From assembly GCA_012295275.1 (NCBI GenBank), contig CM022669.1, forward strand, positions 1,922,001 through 1,986,000: a stretch of 64,000 nt of DNA, in the 5' to 3' direction. The notes under the pieces were generated by a model. The model worked only from the letters and a program-made list of their open reading frames with translations. It did no database searches and had not been told where the DNA came from. This stretch comes from Chrysomallon squamiferum (lineage: Eukaryota; Animalia; Mollusca). The position numbers and the translations under genes were made by a program. Every line of letters starts with the position of its first letter. The stretch's first letter is position 1. Shown one piece after another: positions 55,389 through 64,000 of this stretch.

Positions 55389-57241
55389 CACCCAAACACA
55401 TTCTAAGGAAATAAAGAAATGTGATATAATGTAATATTGCACACATCTCTAGTTTAGAGATTTATCATTATATATTCATTTAGTAATATTCAGTGTTAGA
55501 AAGGTTGCAAATGATATAAACATTAATGCAGAGGTACAAAATGTTTTGAAAAAAGTGTTTGAAAAAATTGCTACCACTGTCACATCTGTTTCTGAAAGTT
55601 TAGCAGTCTTGGTTTCAGCAACTTCTTGTATCTTTAGCTGAAATAGGTCATATAAAAATAAATGTTTTTTAATCATGCACACACTGTTTGTTTGCAAAGG
55701 CTGTGATTCATATTTCTCTAAGATTATATATTTCTCTAAAATTATGAAATTAAAACTGTACATATGTTAGTTTTCTTTTAATATTTATGAAAAAGTAACT
55801 AAGGCCATATTTATTGTTAAATGGTATTTTTATGAACAACTGATTACAAAATTTTAGTAATCAAATTCTTGATTATATTTAATACATTAGTCAAACAAAC
55901 AATAATTTTTATTTATTAGAATTATTATTATTATTTTTAATACTTTTAGTGATTTTTCAAAAAATAAATTTCTGTTATTGACTATTTCATGTACAATTAA
56001 TACTATTAATCTACTGATGACATTATTACTACACTGGTGTATTTAGTTGTATGAACTATTATAAAGCATTGTTATATCATTGTATGTCATTAATTTCTTA
56101 TTAAGTGTAGCTTCCTGCTCTTACCATGTTAAAACAAACTAATGGTATTTGGAAAGGGTAAAATGCTGTAACAGAAATCATATGTCATTTTTCTTTTATC
56201 CAGAGAATGATGATGTGTACAGAATTTCTTTTTTTCTCTCACTCTCATGTTTAATGCCTTTAGTTATATATCACATCATCACTGAGATTTACTTAAGACC
56301 CATGAACTATTGTTACTTAAGAATTCTTGATTCACAAAAGATTGTATAAATGTTGTATCAATTTGTGTAATTATTTCAAGTGTCATAACAAGAATGCTGT
56401 TAAAATAAAATGAAAATATTTTATATGTCTGTATACATTTTTTATTTTCAATTGGTTTTCAATATTATTGTTATTTTCAATTCTTGATTTGTTTTGAATA
56501 TTATTGTTATTTTCTTGATTGCCAAAATATAAGTATGTACCCAACCAGGGTTTTGTTAAATCTTGATATATGGTTAAGTTTGCTGGTTAATGTTGGTTTT
56601 TTTTTTTTCAGATGTTTTAAAAATAATGTTTATATTATCTTTGATGCACAATATAAGTTATTGACTGTAACAGAAAAATAATACATTGAATTCTGTGATT
56701 TTTTTTGTTTTGCATCCACACATTTGGCTCTTTCAGTTGACTTTGTCACTACCAAGTGGGTACAACCATTTAATGATAATGTTGAATTACAGAGAAATAG
56801 ACAGTACTTGGAGTGATAAAAACATTGGTGATTCTGTTACACCTCATTATAAAGGCTGAAAGTGAAAATTGTGTCTGTGATCATCAAAGATACTCAAGAG
56901 GTTAATGATGAACTTTGTGGAATGTTTCCACTTCACACCTAGTTAATATTTCTAGTATTTACATCGTTACAGTTGTAGTGCATACTGACTGATGTGCATA
57001 CTTAAGTTAATATTTATTTTTTATCAACTAATCAGTATAATCCATAGAATATTAGTTTGCCATACTGATTTTTATTTATTATGCACTTAAAAAAAAAGAT
57101 AAAAAATTTGTAATTGTTATAAGCAGGGTTTGTCCATGTCATTCATCAGTTGTATATTTTTTCCGTCCTGAACTGATTTTGTCAAATAGGTTTACATTTC
57201 TTGTTAGATGCCTTGCTTATTTGTATATATATTTCTTGTTA

Positions 57242-57247
57242 AATAAA
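57242..57247 (+). terminator. Candidate distal poly(A) signal of NCKX
   Basis: AATAAA followed by a GT/T-rich tract; other AATAAA sites occur earlier in the UTR. Confidence 0.35.
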
Positions 57248-59394
57248 AATTCAAATGTTTCTGTTATTTTTCTGTTTTTCACTCTGTTTTTAGTATAATG
57301 CAAAGAATATTTCATAATCTTTTATAATGAATGCTTTATCTTCTGTTTTCATTATTATTATTATTAATTTATATGCTTTTTTCATTATTATAGCACCACC
57401 ATTTCATGAATCTCTCCAATCCAAACCAGTATGTAGGGGTTTATTTCTGACATGTATTTCTACAAAATAACAGGAACAAATTAGCATTTGTTTACATACT
57501 TCAAAAGAAATAATATGCTTTTCATTCATATTTTGAAACAACAGAAAGTTGTGTAAAGAATAGTTAATTTTTTCAAAGATTTCTGTTATTTTGTTCTGTT
57601 TATTTTTGAATATATATATATTCCATATCTGGAAACTCTAGCACAAACAGTTTTCACGGAGCATCTTGCCAAAAATATTAGGATAGTACAAAAAAAGATA
57701 GGTGACAAAAAAAAACAAATTAAGTTTTGTAAATCATATTTCCATTTACTATGTCAATAGGGTAATGTTATGCATTATCATGTAATCTGTATAAATGCAC
57801 TTCCTTTTACAAAAAACCTGAAACATTTATTTGAAAAAGTAAACTTTTTATGTACGTTTTCTAAACTGTCAATTTTTTAAATTTTTTTGCCTTCATGTCC
57901 ACTTGAATAATAATAATAATAAATTATTTTAGATCATTACCAGCTTATTGGTAGGATATGTTGCAGCATGAAATGCAATTTTATTCAATACTTAAAGAGG
58001 TATTAAACAACAATAACAACAACAACAAATAATAATAATAATAAAATATCACATTTCACAAAATTAGTTCACTTTGTTGCTCCTGAATGTTTTGAAATTT
58101 CACTGTATTTATTAATTTAAAAAAAATAAAAAATAAATAAATTACAAAATTAAATAAAAAAATAAAAATAAAAACATGCATATTATACATCTGTATCTGT
58201 ATCGTTTTTGTATCAATCTGTCTATCTATCTAACCATCACAAAAAGGGATTTCAAAAATCTTCAAAACAAACTATAGATTCTTTATACAATTTAATTTGG
58301 GAAACAATGCTTTATTTAGAAAAATTCACAGTGTCACTGAATAAAAATAGGTTAAGCTGGTATAATGACTGAGATAGATGAATAAAAATAATATAAGTAA
58401 ATAAGTAAACCATAGAAATAAAAAGAAACAATAATTTTAATTAAAAAATCTATATATATCAACAATAAAAATGACATATCGATGAAAAAAAAAGTGATGG
58501 AATTTCTGTTATCTGCAATATCCCCCATAGATAATAATAATAATAATCAATCAAACAATAAATAAAATAATTTGAATAAAAAAGAAAAGGATACAGCAGA
58601 ATCAATTTTCAATGGAATTATTAAAAGTATAAGAATTAAAAACTACTACCTTTTTTAACATAATAATGAACATTTGGAAATATTTTTGAAAATTTCTTTA
58701 ATACCCAAACAAATGTTTACAAAAATAATAATTGTATTTGTTAGCTGCAATGTTAGTTTCAAGGAACAAAAAATGCAATTATGTTTTTTCTTGAATATTA
58801 GCAAAGTACTGTATAAACCTAACATTTGTTTTTTCAGTCACTACAAACACTCCAGTTAATTACATTCAAAGTAAATGAGGTAAATAATATTAACAAAATC
58901 AATATCATCCTATTTGGTTATATTCTCTAACATGTTTAAATAATAGCTTTATCAGAAGATTAGTATTTTATTATTATCTTTTTTCTAACTCTGAGACTGG
59001 AAGAAGAGAAATTTTCCCCAAAGATGTCAAATCCTAGTACAGTTTGTTAACTGGGTAAATGGAAAAACTTCCACTGATTTGCATTCTAAACTCATATTGT
59101 AAAAATATAATTTCTATTAATCCTATGACTCGCCATATTATTTACTTGCATTACTCGACTTTTGTTACTTTGAACTAAGCACATAGATCATCTAAATGCT
59201 GTCTAGTTACATGCAAAGATTTTAATTTTATGAAAACATTTTGTTTTATTAAATTATTTATGAGCATTTAAACTAATTCATGTAATAATCATTTTGCTGC
59301 AAAAAAAATGCTGTTAAATCATGAAAAATCTTATTCTCTCTAACAGAAAAAAAAAACTTCCAGTACTGCCAATAAAAAAGAAGAAGTGTCAAAT

Positions 59395-59400
59395 TTTATT
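59395..59400 (-). terminator. Candidate poly(A) signal of MALT1
   Basis: TTTATT (AATAAA on the minus strand) with a downstream U-rich tract, ~2.2 kb after the stop. Confidence 0.35.
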
Positions 59401-61586
59401 TCAAAGAACATTAATGAGAGAGATAGGCAAATGGGATTATAAAATAATAAAATATTCTACATTCATAACAAGAACAACAAGACTACTTTCAAGTTAAGGT
59501 GCTTTGTTACCTACATGTAACATGGTTTTGGCATTGATATAGGCATAAATGTAATTTAATTTTTATAATACGATTTAGCACAGTCTGTGCTTAAACTGCA
59601 TTATATTCTGGAGACAACAGTTACAGTGAACACAATTTTGAAACCATGGATCTTGAAACTAGCAACTTATGAGATTATGTGATAGACTGCACTGTGCATT
59701 TTTACTACCAGTAAAACATGTCAATCTGCAGATCGCACAAGGCAAATCAATTAGCACTTGCACCTATCCTAAACTGAGAAATATTTTTGGAATTTGGATT
59801 TTTGGATAGATTGTATCTCTTGATTTACTACTACTACTTTATTATTATTATTATTATTATAAAAGAAACCAGGAATGTCAACTAAGGATATCTTCAGATT
59901 CTAGAGAATGTGATTATGGATCTTCTGACATTGAAAATAGCAAAAATGGAAGGGGAAAAAAATCTGCTTATCAAACACACACACACACACATTAACACAA
60001 ATTAGGAACCAAAATCTATTGTGATCAAGAAAATCAGTCATAATAATAAAACAGAAAAATGCTTTAAAATACAAAATCTTTGTTATACATTATACGAACA
60101 GGAAAATAGTTTTCTTGTAATTAGGAAAAAAAGACAAAAACCTAACAAAAACAAATTTAATAAGTGTATGGACATAATAACAATATTATCATAAGAAAAG
60201 GATAATATTTATTATTACATATATCGAGATATATAATTTTGAGCTAATACCATAACATTGTTTAGTGTTTTAAAAATATACCGAATAAATGTTGGACTAA
60301 CATCATTAAAAACTGAATTAAACAAAAATAAAAATAACAGAACTATAATCCTGCTATAAAAACAAATTAATCAAGATATACTAAAATTAAAATATATAAA
60401 AATTAGCACAGAAATTCCTTTCCTCTTTAAAATGTCATGAAATAATTTGAAAAATAAAAAATATAGAACTTAAATTACTACTTCCAACAACGTCACATTT
60501 AATAAGTACTATAATTGTCAAAATATATTTCTGCTGTAAGAATTACACAGTTCGGTTATATATAGAAATAAACAGACTATTTGCTTCAGTTACTGGTAAC
60601 ATTTAAGTGGTGACTGAGAACCTATTCAAAAGTAAATACAGTTAACAGTATGTAGTGTCATTTACTGTAATGTATTGTAGTACTAGCAGAAATTTTGCTA
60701 TTCTTAAACTTGATCTATAATTAAGATTATAATGTTTGCATTTATGATAATACAAGTAAAATCAGATTACAATTTTATTACAATTCTAATAATTACAATT
60801 ATGAATAGAAACATAAGAAGAACACATCCTGTAAAACATACAAATTTTCAGTGCTAGCACTTACACAGGTTTCAGCCAGTGGTGCACCTACATTTTTGGG
60901 CTCCTTTACAAAGTTTCTATGGCAATGTTTCAGACAGGTTTTTAAAATATAACTATATATTCCTAAGATGATATAATACAGGGTCACTGGCATAATAAAC
61001 CTGAAATATACTCATGTACAAACAACCTTAACATAAGATAAAATTATTTCTCCAATTATCAAAACAGAGTTTGATTAAATGTAAGTTTCTTGATGAAAGT
61101 ATTTATGGTCATGATCATGGATTCTATGGATATCGTTATTCTATGTCTGGTGTATACAATAATTATTTTAAGTATATTTATTCCAAGAGAATGTTTTTAC
61201 ACTCCACTGTGACAAATGATTAAATAGGAAAGACTTTCCCAAATTTTTATATTTTTTATTATGCTTTTATAACTTTAGAAATGAACATTAGGAAATATAT
61301 GCTTATATTCACAAGTAAAAAAAGTAAAATGCACTAAATTGAATACATTATATACATATATGGAATGATTCAACTCAATGTACCAAATAAAATCCATTAC
61401 ATCCTTAAGATATTAAGCAAATTTAGGTTTATGATTTAACACAATGCTAATTCTTAAGATGGAGATATTATTTTTGAAAACAGCTTTGATATAAATAATT
61501 TGACTTGCCTCATACATTAAAGGTATGTAAGTCTGATTCAGAATGTATTTTACAAGCTTGGCGTTGTAAGACTGAAATAATAACAT

Positions 61587-63683
61587 TTAGGAGTCTTCAT
61601 TTTGTTCCACAGGGTGTGCTGATGTTGTTGATGTCCTAGGTTTCCAGAGCTGCAACTCAGAAATGAGAGGAAAGCCAAGATTGACTGTCTCACAGTCAGT
61701 TATCTCCATATGACTGCTGTTAAGTCTTCTGTACTTCACAGCAATAGCAATCTCCATACTCTCCTGCAGATAAAGTGTGACTTTATCGACTCATTATGAT
61801 TCTACATGTTTTAGTAAATGTATGCATAAAGATATTCAATATGCACGCATGCACATGCGCACACACCCACACCCACACACACACACACATTCACAGTACA
61901 CAGTATAACCCACACAAACAATAAACTTACCTTTAACTTCTGAATGTCCTGGATAATATTTTTTGTCTTTCTGAATTCACAATCTTTACCAGTTACTTCA
62001 CATGGCTGGTCCATGATTGATAATGTCTGTCAAATAAATATAGCATATCATAATTAGTTAATTATGTCATCAATAATTTTAAAAATAAATATTTCCCTAT
62101 TGAATAATTATTAAAAAAAAAAACACCTGGAAGAAGTATTAGATAACTGTTTTCGAAACTAAAAGCAAAATGGATTATAAAATATGCCTGAAACAATAAA
62201 ATAAGATCAGGGATGGTCAACCTGCAGCAGTGTTTTTCTATGAAATGATATTTAATTGGAAGCCATGATATTAAAATGTCACTGAGGGTTTTTTTTCTTT
62301 AATTAAGTTGGTTTTGTTTAAGGATATCCCTAGAATACATTTATTCTCTGTCATTAGTTACTTGTATTTTGGGCACAGAGTGTTAAAAAGAAACCCAATA
62401 TATTTTTCATAAACAAAGTTCCAGATATTAAAAGGAAATATATCATAAAACATTTCTGCTTATGAGGAATATATTTATAAAGTTATCTTGTTTAGCAATT
62501 ATATTTACATTGGGGATTTTGGCAACCCATGCAATGCAGTCTGCAATTTTGTCTTTTTTCTTTACAGTGACATAAACATGAAGCACATTGGAAAACTCAG
62601 ACTGAAAATCCAGCTCAAGAACGATGCCAAGTTCTTTAGGTTTCCCTTCAACTGTAAGTGTTGGAGGTCGACCTGAAATTTTAAAAAACCCCATTAACCA
62701 TACAGCATGAGACAATGATTTCATTGTCAATTAGGTCTTTTAAGAAGCTACATTTTATCTATATGCGTTAGTTTCTTATCACTTTGGTTGTGCAAAAATA
62801 ATGCAAGTTCATCAATAATAATAAAAAACACACACACAAAAATGAAGAATCAAACTTTTACTTCAGCTGTTAAGAAACAATTTTTTTTACTTAAAAGAAT
62901 TGAAAAAGTGATGGCATGAACACATTTAAAAAAAATACTAAATAAACTGATAACAAACGTTTGTCATTTATCTCAAAGGAAACCCAAACACATTACTTAC
63001 GATGAGCTGCCTCCCACAGTAACTGTCGTTTGTGATAGGCCTGAGTGCCACCTCCGTGGTACTGAATCTTGTCAGCTAGTGACCGCATTGGTTCAGATAA
63101 AGTTGTTCGCACCTCAGGTATCTGTTTGCCCCTGCATTGTTGATCTCTTGTTATATCTGAAATTATTATAAAATAAATTTCTTGATTACATGTACAACAT
63201 TTATAATTAGTAACCAAGATTGATGAGGAATACAATCAAAGTGAAGAAAACAAAACATCTGGGTTAATTGAAAAAATATGAGTAAGTAATTATAAACTTC
63301 ATTTTGTAAAATAATTGTACTAATGCATTTTTAGAATACTCAAATCAAAATACCCAAAAACGTTTCCTCGGCAAGAATTTTTTTACAGGAAGGTCACAAC
63401 TGTCTAGAAGAACTAAGCAAATTTGTAAAACATTTCAGAAAAGAAAATGGCTAAATCCTGGGAAGCGAACTGTATTGTGTTTAACATAATGTATTTAAAG
63501 TAAATGAACGAAGAATAATGATTCAGAAATCTGTTATTTGTCTGTGTTAAAACATATTTCAAAATACCTGTTCTGAGTTCGAGAAAAACTTGTTCAATAC
63601 TAATTGGCTTCTGCAGATGCCTCTGCAAATAATGAACCATGATTCCATAATGAGGCTGTTCATAGGCTGCATAGCCAGAACTT
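61587..63683 (-). CDS. MALT1: MALT1 paracaspase, 3' portion (end of caspase-like domain, Ig3 domain, short tail); exons 63568-63683, 63001-63156, 62509-62672, 61931-62026, 61587-61763; 5' exons lie beyond the window end
   Basis: Joined translation SSGYAAYEQPHYGIMVHYLQRHL...RGKQIPEVRTTLSEPMRSLADKI...LLWEAAH...LDFQSEFSNVLHVY...IQKLKESM...VNLGFPLISELQLW is colinear with human MALT1 as recalled (GKQALEIRSSLSE, LQWAKAH, LGFAAEFSNVMIIY, LQKLKEHL, VNVGKPLIAKL). Introns are GT-AG and in phase. Confidence 0.9.
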
Positions 63684-64000
63684 CTGTAAACAAAACCCCC
63701 CAAATTAATCTTGATATCTAATTGAAATATACATATGAATTTTTATTGACTAATTTGCAATAAATTTATCAATAGTTTTCAAATTAAATACCATTTAACA
63801 TTATTTTAGTTAATTGTGATTGAAATTTACTTCAATTATAAATCATCTATTAAATTATATTTAGCAACAGATTATTTAAAGATATATAATAATTTATGTG
63901 TCTTACATTTTTTAATTCACTTTCTCTTTTTTAAGTTCTGAAGTACCAGATCTTATACAATATTCATCAACATCACATAATGATTTAGGATTCTATTTGA

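Overview
AT-rich animal (invertebrate, probably mollusc-like) genomic DNA with GT-AG spliced genes. Most ORF-track entries are spurious. Three multi-exon genes can be rebuilt by hand with consistent splice phases: (1) the 5' part of a serine-incorporator (SERINC5-like) gene on the minus strand (7 exons, 8611 down to 204, continuing off the left edge); (2) a complete K+-dependent Na+/Ca2+ exchanger (NCKX/SLC24A1-2-like) on the plus strand (7 core coding exons, 26213-52828, 617 aa), divergent from SERINC across a CpG-retaining zone at about 8.6-14.2 kb; (3) the 3' part of a MALT1 paracaspase on the minus strand (5 exons, 63683 down to 61587), convergent with NCKX. Introns and intergenic DNA carry two near-identical, oppositely oriented Sola2-like DNA transposon derivatives (one nested in an older MITE, one with a template-switch scar), hAT/Buster and Tc1 relics, a tRNA-type SINE, a small MITE and a ~2.9-kb tandem duplication. 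That duplication appears to double a set of frame-preserving candidate cassette exons for the NCKX cytoplasmic loop. No rRNA, tRNA gene or CRISPR was seen. Family assignments rest on recalled motifs; no database search was run.
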